DNA of 64,000 nt from an uncultured virus (IMG/VR IMGVR_UViG_3300046171_000218) (lineage: Duplodnaviria > Heunggongvirae > Uroviricota > Caudoviricetes). Every line of letters starts with the position of its first letter. Position 1 is the stretch's first letter. The notes beneath the pieces were generated by a model. It was given only the letters and a program-made list of their open reading frames with translations, had not been told where the DNA came from and made no database searches. A program made the translations under genes and the position numbers. Location: IMG/VR virus record IMGVR_UViG_3300046171_000218; one strand, written 5' to 3'. Positions 1 to 8,720 of this stretch are shown piece by piece.

Positions 1-151
1 CAGTTGACTTATATCTTTTAAGTAACCGCTTGATATATTTAAAATGATTTAGATCCTTATCAAAGTCTTCTCTCGTTACTGCCTGAGGATTTTCATAATT
101 TTTAATGGCAAAGAGGAGAAAATTCTCCGAATTCAATTCGTGGAATAACAT
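1..151 (-). CDS. conserved T4-like phage hypothetical protein (runs off window edge)
   Basis: Manual translation from ATG at 151: MLFHELNSENFLLFAIKNYENPQAVTREDFDKDLNHFKYIKRLLKRYKST; open to position 1. Confidence 0.75.
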   Translation of the reverse strand, partial: MLFHELNSENFLLFAIKNYENPQAVTREDFDKDLNHFKYIKRLLKRYKST

Positions 152-160
152 CCTTCAATA

Positions 161-730
161 TCAAACAGCGTTCTCAATATTTGGGTAAGTAGGAACGTTA
201 CCCGTAGTGATTCCAGACATGGCGACAAGAATCTCTTTCTTAACTCTCAGATTACCAGCATTATCAGTATAAGTGGTAACACCAACCCAGCCTACACCAG
301 TTTCGTAAACGGTTCCTGATGCATCAGCAGATCCACCTGCAGCAACTCCATAAGTGAGTTTGGAATATCCATGCCCCTGTGCTTCTGCTTCGCTGAAGGA
401 AGAATCAGTAACACACCACTTAGGAGATTGAGAAGCAGAGAAAGAGGTAGCAGCAATTGCAGCACCGCTGAGATTAGCAGTAGAACCAATAGACAGAGAA
501 GTAGTACTAGCAATACTTACAACAATTGCTTCGCCAAAATATGCCTTTCCGCCACCCTTGACTCTATCACCAAAACGAATTACATCACCCTCTTGAATCG
601 AACCCGATTCACCAAACATAGTTCCCGAACCAGGAGATTCTAAGTTAGAACCAGTACAAATACCAGTTGCATAATCAAGGGTTACTGTACCCTGTGCGTC
701 AAGATTGTCATTATTGCCCCAGAGTGCCAT
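161..730 (-). CDS. putative virion structural protein
   Basis: 189-aa G/S/T-rich ORF beginning MALWG; late-promoter-like TATAAATA upstream (~763-770). Confidence 0.55.
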   Translation of the reverse strand: MALWGNNDNLDAQGTVTLDYATGICTGSNLESPGSGTMFGESGSIQEGDVIRFGDRVKGGGKAYFGEAIVVSIASTTSLSIGSTANLSGAAIAATSFSASQSPKWCVTDSSFSEAEAQGHGYSKLTYGVAAGGSADASGTVYETGVGWVGVTTYTDNAGNLRVKKEILVAMSGITTGNVPTYPNIENAV

Positions 731-773
731 GTGTCTCTCTCTGTAATTTATTTGCTATAAGATATTTATAAAT

Positions 774-986
774 TCACTCTTCTCTCATTTTGATTGCTTC
801 GGTGACAACTTCAAGAAGTTTATCATCCATATCAGTCTTGGTTAACTTAACCGCTTTAGCAAGGATAACAAGACAGATCTCAACCAACTTCTCACCGAGT
901 TCTTCGTTTTCCGGAATCTTTGCGACTGCATCTGAAATAATTTTTGACGCTAATGGGAGTAAAAATGCAAACATGATGAACCTCAA
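774..986 (-). CDS. hypothetical protein
   Basis: ORF in co-directional gene array; likely start MFAFLLP. Confidence 0.6.
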   Translation of the reverse strand: MRFIMFAFLLPLASKIISDAVAKIPENEELGEKLVEICLVILAKAVKLTKTDMDDKLLEVVTEAIKMREE

Positions 987-1002
987 TACTACATTCTATA
1001 TA

Positions 1003-1791
1003 TCAATTATCAGGTGTGAAAACTCCTTTATTAAATGTTCCCATCTTGCCTTTATGATATCCACGCATTCCAGTTGATTTAGATCTTACTTTCTCTACAT
1101 CTTGTACAAATTTACCAAACTTTTTACGCTTATCGTCTTTGGCGAATTTCTTTTTCTCAGCATCATATTTTTTGATTTTTTCCGCTCTTCCGGAATCAGA
1201 ACCACTATAGATTTCGTTTACCTTTTTCATTTTTCCTTGGCAATGTGCCTTTTGAGAGAATCCTTTAGGATTATTGCAATCAATCGATTTCTTATACTTA
1301 TCACTCCATCCTTCATTCATTTTTTTAGTTTTCTTTTTCATCGCATTGATATACTTTCTGTAGACTGCTGCCTCAGAAGTCTTACCCATCTCTCTTGCTC
1401 TTTGCTCCATAGCAACTGCTGCCTGAATTTTGTGAGCATGAGATCTTGACGAATTACGAATTTTAGTGACGGATGCTTTAGCAGTAGCAACATCCTTGAA
1501 CCCTAAACCATGAATGGTTCCTTTAGGATTCTCATCAGTATAAAGATCAGAGTGTTTCTTAGAATTAGCAGGTTGTCCTTTTTTTCTAGGAATACGAGGG
1601 TTAGATTCCTCTTTAGCAACTACTTTCTCAGGAAGTTTCTTATGCTTTGTTGATGCAAAATCTTTTACATCTTTTTTCTTCATCTCAGCAGCTGCCTTTG
1701 CAGTCTCAGGAGTAGTAGGTGCCATCTCACCTTTTTGGATGGCACGAACTATTCCAAAGAAACGCTGCTGCTTTTTAGATACGGCAGGCAT
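1003..1791 (-). CDS. basic modular protein, putative internal head protein
   Basis: 262 aa, Lys-rich blocks separated by Glu-ending junctions (AKEE, KMNE, KVNE); start overlaps upstream gene's stop. Confidence 0.55.
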   Translation of the reverse strand: MPAVSKKQQRFFGIVRAIQKGEMAPTTPETAKAAAEMKKKDVKDFASTKHKKLPEKVVAKEESNPRIPRKKGQPANSKKHSDLYTDENPKGTIHGLGFKDVATAKASVTKIRNSSRSHAHKIQAAVAMEQRAREMGKTSEAAVYRKYINAMKKKTKKMNEGWSDKYKKSIDCNNPKGFSQKAHCQGKMKKVNEIYSGSDSGRAEKIKKYDAEKKKFAKDDKRKKFGKFVQDVEKVRSKSTGMRGYHKGKMGTFNKGVFTPDN

Positions 1792-2999
1792 CAGTCACTA
1801 CTTCCCATTCTGGGTTTACCTACTGCATCAGTCATCTTCTGAGCATCTGTTCTAGTATCCTTCTTAGGGGCAACTTTTGCAACATTGCCCATTGCTTTTT
1901 TGTTTGCTGCTTTCTTCTGCTCAGGAGTCATTCTATTATACTTCTGAGAGATTTTCATCTGATCATCAACAGATAATTCCTCACTCATGCGCTTTGCAAC
2001 AGCGAGTGCTCCTTGCTTGATTCTATCTTTGATACTTTTCTTTGCAACTTTAGGAGCATCAGTTACTCTTTTCTTAGCAGTGGAGAGAGCAGATTTTACT
2101 TTGTCTTTTGCAGCAGAACCAGCAAATGCAACATCTGTTGCTGTATTCACTGCTTTCTTTTTCATATTACTAGCAACTTCACCTGCCTTTCTCTTCATGA
2201 ATCTAAGGCGTCCCTTCGCCTTATTCATCATTTCTGCTCTTCTCTTCTTAGCAGCAGCTTCTTTAGATGCCTTCACTGCAGAATCATAATATCTATCACT
2301 TACTTCATTGAGTTCTTCAATTAGAGCAAACTCAATTGCTTCTTCTACATCATCCTCAGAATAACCCTCTTCAATCAGTTCAATGTAAATGCTTTCAATG
2401 ACTTCATCAATCTCAGACTCTTCAATCAGAGTTCCACCAATCTCTTCGATTGCTTCACCAAGTTTAGGGTTAATCTTAACCTTATTGTTTACCTTCTTCT
2501 CTTTGATGGGTTTATCTGCTTCAGTCTCATCCATCACTTCAATAAGTCCCTGCTCTTGAAGATCTGCTCTCCAATCAGAAAATTCTTCTTTTGCAGCGAT
2601 TGCCTTACCAATCTTCTCACGGCGGTTTTTCAGATACTTATCAGTCTTATCTTTTTTGCCATCATTATTGATATCACCATCTTCTTGTCCTACAGGATCA
2701 AGGCCTTCTTTATAATTATCTCTTGCTTTCTCATCACCCATCTTAGCAAAACGCTCTTTCTCTTTCTGACGGGAGATAGCAGACACAATCTTATTAGACT
2801 TATCCAATGCATCTTCTTTCTTCTTACCTTTAGAAGCAAGTCCTGTGCGAGCAAGGTTGCCTGCACGACGATACATTTTATTTTCTTTGGATCGATCAAT
2901 CTCTTTGTAACCTTCCTCTGTTGTTTCTTGGGAAGCTACTTTATCCAGATATACCTTTGAAATGTCATTCAAAGGATTCTTACCGATTCCATCAGACAT
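1791..2999 (-). CDS. acidic/basic modular protein, putative internal head protein
   Basis: 402 aa; EF-hand-like loop DGDINNDGKKDKTD; alternating Glu-rich and Lys-rich blocks. Confidence 0.55.
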   Translation of the reverse strand: MSDGIGKNPLNDISKVYLDKVASQETTEEGYKEIDRSKENKMYRRAGNLARTGLASKGKKKEDALDKSNKIVSAISRQKEKERFAKMGDEKARDNYKEGLDPVGQEDGDINNDGKKDKTDKYLKNRREKIGKAIAAKEEFSDWRADLQEQGLIEVMDETEADKPIKEKKVNNKVKINPKLGEAIEEIGGTLIEESEIDEVIESIYIELIEEGYSEDDVEEAIEFALIEELNEVSDRYYDSAVKASKEAAAKKRRAEMMNKAKGRLRFMKRKAGEVASNMKKKAVNTATDVAFAGSAAKDKVKSALSTAKKRVTDAPKVAKKSIKDRIKQGALAVAKRMSEELSVDDQMKISQKYNRMTPEQKKAANKKAMGNVAKVAPKKDTRTDAQKMTDAVGKPRMGSSD

Positions 3000-3009
3000 G
3001 GTAATACTA

Positions 3010-4245
3010 CTACTTCTTTACCTTGTACTTATTTATGAAATTCTTGATACTAGTAGTACTAGTAGTGCCTGTTGCTGCCATAGCATTCTTAAGGTATCCA
3101 CCAGTTCCATCTAAAGTATTAGGTTTGCCAGGAACTCTCATCTGACGCTCCATGGTTTTCTCATCATACTCCATGACATCACGAATCCATGACTTGAACA
3201 TATAATCTTCTTTTGTCAAACAGATAAGATGATTAGTTCCTCTACGGATGATCTTACCGATCAATCCAGTGTTCAGGTTCTCTACAATATCACCAATCCT
3301 ATAGATCAATCCATTTACATATTGCTCACGAAGTCCTTTTGCATCAAACTTTGGAGCAATCTCCCACATCTCAGCAGTAACTTTCTCCTTCTTCTTAATC
3401 TTCATTCCATCAGCAACAGCATCAAACAATGATTTTGCTTGTGAATCTGCTACTAATTTAGGCAATCCCTTCTTGAAGGAATCCATGTCACCATCTACAA
3501 CTGCTTTCCTCATCTTGGAAGCAGACATTCCTTCGACACCTTCAGCGTCTGCATCTCTTGCACCAGCAGAGATAACTTTTATTTCACTGAAATTGTAGAG
3601 TTCACCATTATATTTCTGTGCAAGGTTTTCAAACTCTGCTTGGCGATCCGAACCAACGATTATATTAACCTTATCAAAATCTCTATCTGCACTCTGAAGA
3701 ACATTAAATATAGATCTCATTTCATCATCATTAATAATGTTCTCCTTAAATTCTGGGAACATTTTTCTCATGAAGTTCACCTTCTTATCAGGATCAAGAG
3801 GATTCTTTTTCTTATCTTGAGTTCTGGAAGGGAATATCCTTAATGTACCATTAGCGGCAACTTTCTTTGCCATCTTCAGTAACTTCTCATGTCCAACGGT
3901 GGGAGGATTGAATCTACCAAAAGCAAGAGTAAGTGTATCGCTACCAATTACTTTCTCTGCTTCATCTCCACCTTTCTTCTTTTCTTTCTGTGGAGACTTG
4001 TCCACAGACATTGTTTTAGTTTTAAGTTTAGGTTTTACTTTTTTTGTATTAGGAGTCTGATCTGGATCTCTTCCAGGTTTTTGATTTTTATCAAAGAATT
4101 TTAATTTACCACCAACAGTTTTGGCGACGAACTCGCCGGATCGATCTAACCATCCGCCATGTCCATCGCCTTTCAAACCAAGTTTTCTCGCCTGTGCAGC
4201 AGCTTCTGTTTCTGCCTCACTAAGGAACTGAAAGAAACTTTTCAT
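3010..4245 (-). CDS. cytidyltransferase-like (HIGH-superfamily) nucleotidyltransferase
   Basis: FGRFNPPTVGH (H/TxGH motif), VGSDR, MSASKMR (KMSKS-like); common cyanophage gene. Confidence 0.85.
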   Translation of the reverse strand: MKSFFQFLSEAETEAAAQARKLGLKGDGHGGWLDRSGEFVAKTVGGKLKFFDKNQKPGRDPDQTPNTKKVKPKLKTKTMSVDKSPQKEKKKGGDEAEKVIGSDTLTLAFGRFNPPTVGHEKLLKMAKKVAANGTLRIFPSRTQDKKKNPLDPDKKVNFMRKMFPEFKENIINDDEMRSIFNVLQSADRDFDKVNIIVGSDRQAEFENLAQKYNGELYNFSEIKVISAGARDADAEGVEGMSASKMRKAVVDGDMDSFKKGLPKLVADSQAKSLFDAVADGMKIKKKEKVTAEMWEIAPKFDAKGLREQYVNGLIYRIGDIVENLNTGLIGKIIRRGTNHLICLTKEDYMFKSWIRDVMEYDEKTMERQMRVPGKPNTLDGTGGYLKNAMAATGTTSTTSIKNFINKYKVKK

Positions 4246-4273
4246 CTAATGATTTTTTCCTATATGTTATTTA

Positions 4274-4555
4274 TTAGAGTTTACCTCCAACAAATGCATC
4301 ACCAACAACTCTTGTATATTGTTCAAGAGTTCCATCTTGCTCACACTTAAGGTGCCAACGTGTCATAGTAACCACACCATCTTTTGTGGCACCAGTAATC
4401 ATTTTTCTACCTTGAACTGTCATCGTGCTATGAAGTCCATAGCGTGTTTTCCAAACGTAGAATACATCGTCAATCAGTTCAGATCCTTCTGGAATTTCAA
4501 TTTCTTGATCAATCTGAGTTTGATTCGTCATTTTCCTCTTTTTTGTTGAATCCAA
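4274..4555 (-). CDS. hypothetical protein
   Basis: ORF ending VGGKL; likely start MTNQTQ. Confidence 0.6.
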   Translation of the reverse strand: MDSTKKRKMTNQTQIDQEIEIPEGSELIDDVFYVWKTRYGLHSTMTVQGRKMITGATKDGVVTMTRWHLKCEQDGTLEQYTRVVGDAFVGGKL

Positions 4556-4730
4556 ATGGGCCTTCTTTCTTTTCTAATGCAAGTTTCAGTGCAACACCAC
4601 CGACTGCTTCCATAACTCTAAGAATGTCCTCTGCTTTAGCATCTTCTCCAAGTTCTTTGGAAACATACCAATACTTAGGCCAAAATGTTTCTCCTGCTTT
4701 TTGATAATCTTCAAGTGTTAATAATTTCAT
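4509..4730 (-). CDS. hypothetical protein
   Basis: 73-aa ORF with ATGA overlap to the upstream gene. Confidence 0.65.
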   Translation of the reverse strand: MKLLTLEDYQKAGETFWPKYWYVSKELGEDAKAEDILRVMEAVGGVALKLALEKKEGPFGFNKKEENDESNSD

Positions 4731-4900
4731 TTGTTTCTCTCCTCAAAGTCACGTTCAATTTCTTTATCTAACATACTAATTGCTTCTCTAAGCAATACGA
4801 CACGAGTGGAGGGAAATTCATAAGAATCATCTTTAGTATGTAGGAACAAGGCATATCCTAAAGCATTTGCTTGTTCAGAGGTGAGTTCAAGATTAATCAT
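4727..4900 (-). CDS. hypothetical protein (57 aa, not in ORF track)
   Basis: Manual translation MINLELTSEQANALGYALFLHTKDDSYEFPSTRVVLLREAISMLDKEIERDFEERNK*; fills the gap with 4-nt overlaps on both sides. Confidence 0.7.
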   Translation of the reverse strand: MINLELTSEQANALGYALFLHTKDDSYEFPSTRVVLLREAISMLDKEIERDFEERNK

Positions 4901-5118
4901 ATCTCACCCTCCATTCTTTTAATTTGTTCTGTAAGATCGCGTAGAATTTTTTCTCTAGTGTAAGAACCACTCTTCTCTTTACGAAGATTCATTTCAGTTT
5001 CTACTTTTTCGGTGATGGAGGCATGACGACGAATCTCTCCACCCATAGACATTTGGTTTTTGGTTTGATCCATGCAAAACTTCAGTTGCATGAGTTCCAT
5101 ATCATCAAATTCAATCAC
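4897..5118 (-). CDS. hypothetical protein
   Basis: 73-aa ORF coupled to mazG stop. Confidence 0.6.
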   Translation of the reverse strand: MIEFDDMELMQLKFCMDQTKNQMSMGGEIRRHASITEKVETEMNLRKEKSGSYTREKILRDLTEQIKRMEGEI

Positions 5119-5507
5119 AGATCACCCTCCTTACGGTTTTCAGAATAATATGCATCAAAAGTGCCTTCAGGATATCGAGCACCGAGTTTCTCAACATTCA
5201 TATCAAGAATCTCATCAAAGTTTGTATCAAGTGCCATAAATGCTTGAGCAAGATACCAACAGATATCGCCAAGCTCACGCTTCATATGAAACACATTCTC
5301 TTCATTGTAGGGTTTACCTTGAAAGAGAATCTTTTTTACAACTTCAGTAAACTCACCAGACTCAGCAGTCAAACCAAGTGCAGCAGTGAGAAGTTGTGTG
5401 GTGTTAGTTCCTGTTACTTCAAGTTCTGCGAGACGTGATGCCATAGCACCGTATTCCAGACTGGGTTCGCTGGTGGTTTGCTTAACAAAATCAACGTAGT
5501 TGTTCAT
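5115..5507 (-). CDS. mazG: MazG-like nucleoside triphosphate pyrophosphohydrolase
   Basis: GLTAESGEFTEVVKK and ELGDICWY (EXXE...EXXD motif); start taken at MNNYVDF. Confidence 0.9.
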   Translation of the reverse strand: MNNYVDFVKQTTSEPSLEYGAMASRLAELEVTGTNTTQLLTAALGLTAESGEFTEVVKKILFQGKPYNEENVFHMKRELGDICWYLAQAFMALDTNFDEILDMNVEKLGARYPEGTFDAYYSENRKEGDL

Positions 5508-5512
5508 AATTT

Positions 5513-5836
5513 TTAATCGTGAAAATCGGGAATAAATGGTTCTTGAGAATTTTCGGGAAGTGATATTTCTTTCCAACTACCACCAACACCACCATCCATA
5601 TTGACAACAATATCAGTAGTAGGAAGTTGATATGAAGTGTTCACATCAATATCAGTAGCAGAAATTTGATATGAAGTATTCACATCAATTATATCACCTG
5701 AGAGGGGATTAAAGGTGTAGTAATGTCCGTCCCAAGTTTTGTTTCGACTATGAATGAGAAAGAGAGCATCTCTTTCAGCTCCACAGTCAGCAATTTTTTT
5801 ACTGTCGGGATTAAATACGGAGTAGTAACCATTCAT
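5513..5836 (-). CDS. hypothetical protein with internal 13-aa tandem duplication
   Basis: 107-aa ORF between gp41 and mazG. Confidence 0.6.
   Translation of the reverse strand: MNGYYSVFNPDSKKIADCGAERDALFLIHSRNKTWDGHYYTFNPLSGDIIDVNTSYQISATDIDVNTSYQLPTTDIVVNMDGGVGGSWKEISLPENSQEPFIPDFHD
5608..5685. repeat. 39-bp imperfect tandem duplication
   Basis: caatatcagtagtaggaagttgatatgaagtgttcacat followed by caatatcagtagcagaaatttgatatgaagtattcacat. Confidence 0.85.
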
Positions 5837-7209
5837 TAGAACTTAAATCCATCAAATGATTTTTTAGGTTTGTCTTCGTAAGTATACTCCTCTTCCTGCC
5901 CACTGTCAACCATATCAGTCTGGGCAGTTTGCTCACAATCATAAAGACGCATCTTTGCGCGATCAATACCGACAATGAAACGCTTATACACAGTCGGATC
6001 ATTGTAGCGATTCTTCAACTGCTTCACCATAATCTGCCCGAGTTCTTCAAGCTCATCAGTTGAAATAAGGGCAAACATAAAATCAGCAGTAGCAGGGAGG
6101 CCAAAGGACTCACTAGTATCAGTAAGCTCAACGTCAGAGCTACCGTAACCAGAACGGGTAGTCTGGGTGGCAGATACGATAGGTACGTTCGCTTCGACAG
6201 CGAGTCCTCTAAGTTCTTCAGCAATAGCCTTGATATAGCTATATGAATTGACAGAAAGGTTTCCGCGATACCTAGAGGAAGCACATATATTAAGGTAATC
6301 AATGAAAATAATATCAGGACGAAATGATTTCTTAATAGCGAGTTCATTAAGCAAACCACGGAAATGTCCTGCATGTGCTGAAGCAGTAGGGTACTCCTTA
6401 ATAATTAGGGTGCCTTGAGTCTTTTCTGAGAGTTTTGTCACCTTACTCTCATACATCATCTTGGGAAGATCTGATATCTCCTGAATGGGTACATTGAGAA
6501 GGTTTGCATCAATTCGCTCTGCAATCTTTTCTTCAGCCATTTCAAGCGTGATGTATAGCACGTTTTTTCCGTTAAGGAGTGCCGAAGCAGCGACATGGCA
6601 CATAAACAAACTCTTACCGACGCCAGTGCCAGCGAGAGCAATATTAAGCGTCTTGTTAGGGATCCCACCTTTCGTAATCTTGTTGAAATACTCCAAGTCG
6701 AATTCGGTTTTGTCTTCTTTCTTGTGGTAGGACTCATAACGTGCCTCATAATCCTGAAGATAATCGTGTCCTACATGGGTGTCAAATGACACTGCAAGGG
6801 CATCAGAAAGAATAGTTGGAATAGCATCACGATTCTTCTTTTCGTCCTGTCCATCGGCAATAGAGATGGACTCCATCAATGCCAAGTAGATAGCACGATC
6901 ACGACACCACTTCTCAGTGGTGGATACCAACCAATCAAACTCCGTAGGTGCTTCTTCTAATGAAGAAATGAGTTGTGTAATTTCTTTATAGTCACCATCA
7001 GTAATATCCTGACGCTTCTCCGCTTCAATACAGAGAATCTCTTTAGTGACTGGTTTATTATATTGTTCTACAAATTTAAGAATCTCTTCGTAGACAATCT
7101 TTTGACTACGATTATCAAAATAATCTGATTTAATAAATGGAATTACCTTACGGACATATTCCTCATTATGAAGTAGGTTTCTAAGAATTAGAAACTCAAC
7201 ATTGTCCAT
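5836..7209 (-). CDS. 41: DnaB-like replicative helicase (T4 gp41)
   Basis: Walker A AGTGVGKS, IFIDYL, SATQTTR, LKNRY; follows uvsX. Confidence 0.95.
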   Translation of the reverse strand: MDNVEFLILRNLLHNEEYVRKVIPFIKSDYFDNRSQKIVYEEILKFVEQYNKPVTKEILCIEAEKRQDITDGDYKEITQLISSLEEAPTEFDWLVSTTEKWCRDRAIYLALMESISIADGQDEKKNRDAIPTILSDALAVSFDTHVGHDYLQDYEARYESYHKKEDKTEFDLEYFNKITKGGIPNKTLNIALAGTGVGKSLFMCHVAASALLNGKNVLYITLEMAEEKIAERIDANLLNVPIQEISDLPKMMYESKVTKLSEKTQGTLIIKEYPTASAHAGHFRGLLNELAIKKSFRPDIIFIDYLNICASSRYRGNLSVNSYSYIKAIAEELRGLAVEANVPIVSATQTTRSGYGSSDVELTDTSESFGLPATADFMFALISTDELEELGQIMVKQLKNRYNDPTVYKRFIVGIDRAKMRLYDCEQTAQTDMVDSGQEEEYTYEDKPKKSFDGFKF

Positions 7210-8203
7210 AACTAAACTCCTGTTTTGCAATCTCGTCTAATTTTTCCATCACCTCTGGGGTGAAGTATTGTTCTGGATCTTTATAGATCGCCTTTGCATA
7301 GACTTTCTTGCCATCTATTTCATAGCGTCCAGCCACATTTTTCCAAAGTCCACCAAGTTCTCCCAGTTCAAGTAAACCGTAGTAACGATCCAAACCACGA
7401 TTATCATAGTAAAGGCGAACAGTAACATCTTTGTTCTCCTTGCTTAAACGCGACTTAGCAGTCTTTGCCTTGATAAGATTTCCAACGACTTCAGTTCCAT
7501 CCTTTTCTTTCTTCTTAGACAAGTAGATGATAGAAGAGGCGGCGTACTTGAGTCCAGAACCTCCACCCATTTCTTTAGTTGGGACATAAGCACCGATGAC
7601 ATCATAAGTGTGATTCGTAACAATCATTGGAATATTTGCTTGCCCCAGTTTCAGAGTCAACATTCTGAACGCACCTTTAACAAGTTGTGACTTAGTCATA
7701 TCACGAACTTGCTTGTCGTTTAGAACGTCTGTAATCTCCTTCTCAGTGGAAAGCATCCCCAAAGAGTCTAGCACAAACATACATGGTTTGCGTTCATCTA
7801 CAGGTTTTTTTAAATATAGATCAACTGCTTTCAGCGCCTTGCTTCGGAACTCTTCAATCGTAACCACATTAACTACAGCAACCCGATCAAGATCTAAGCC
7901 CCTATCTGCGAGAAGAGACTTGTTAACAGCGGCTTCAGTGTCAAAATATAAACAATAACCATCAGGGTTAGAATCAAGAAAGTTCTTGACGACAGCAAGA
8001 GAGAAAAAAGTTTTTCCAGTACTAGACTCCCCAGCAATGGCAGTAATCTTATTCCCAGATACACCACCAAAAATACTGCCTGAAACGAGTCCGTTAAAAA
8101 TGTACGAACCCGTGTCAACATATTTCTCAGTATCATCAATATCGGATGCAAGTTTTGTGAAGTCATCTCCGATCTCTTTTACAATTTCTTTAAGAAAGTC
8201 CAT
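7196..8203 (-). CDS. uvsX: RecA-like recombinase UvsX
   Basis: GESSTGKT Walker A, YFDTE, VLDSLG, MGGGSGLKY; start taken at MDFLKE. Confidence 0.95.
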   Translation of the reverse strand: MDFLKEIVKEIGDDFTKLASDIDDTEKYVDTGSYIFNGLVSGSIFGGVSGNKITAIAGESSTGKTFFSLAVVKNFLDSNPDGYCLYFDTEAAVNKSLLADRGLDLDRVAVVNVVTIEEFRSKALKAVDLYLKKPVDERKPCMFVLDSLGMLSTEKEITDVLNDKQVRDMTKSQLVKGAFRMLTLKLGQANIPMIVTNHTYDVIGAYVPTKEMGGGSGLKYAASSIIYLSKKKEKDGTEVVGNLIKAKTAKSRLSKENKDVTVRLYYDNRGLDRYYGLLELGELGGLWKNVAGRYEIDGKKVYAKAIYKDPEQYFTPEVMEKLDEIAKQEFSYGQC

Positions 8204-8720
8204 AATTTTGAATAAGTAAGTTTTTAAACAGTTCGTTCCCTTTACGAACATTCAGTTCCCAATCATTTGCCGAGTTCTCATCGGTAGAATCTGATATGTA
8301 TTTAAAACATTTAAAAGTTACACCTTCCTTAAGACATGTTTTTGCAATCGCAAAAGATTCCATGTCTACAATATCACATCCAATTTCTGGAGTTGATGTC
8401 GCAAATGTATCTCCCGTCCCACACACTATACCACATTTTCCGATTAAAACACCATCTTCAAACGGTGTCTGTCCTAAATCAAAACCCAGTGGCCTTGCAT
8501 CCATATCTCTATCAACAAATCCGGTTACTTCAAGTAATCCAGATTGTTCAGAAACAGTTCCAGCAGTTCCATAGTTTATAATACAATCAGCACCATCTCG
8601 AATTGCTGTCATAGTAGCAATAGTGGCATTTACTTTGCCACAACCACTTAAATAAACTGGATATCCATCAATACCTTCTGCTTCTTGTGGCAAGGCAATA
8701 ACTATAGCAATATTCATCAA
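8190..8720 (-). CDS. MTA/SAH nucleosidase-like protein (PNP/UDP phosphorylase family)
   Basis: ALPQE, SGCGKVNA, INYGTAG, GTGDTF, VDMESFA, KYISD motifs. Confidence 0.8.
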   Translation of the reverse strand: MMNIAIVIALPQEAEGIDGYPVYLSGCGKVNATIATMTAIRDGADCIINYGTAGTVSEQSGLLEVTGFVDRDMDARPLGFDLGQTPFEDGVLIGKCGIVCGTGDTFATSTPEIGCDIVDMESFAIAKTCLKEGVTFKCFKYISDSTDENSANDWELNVRKGNELFKNLLIQNYGLS

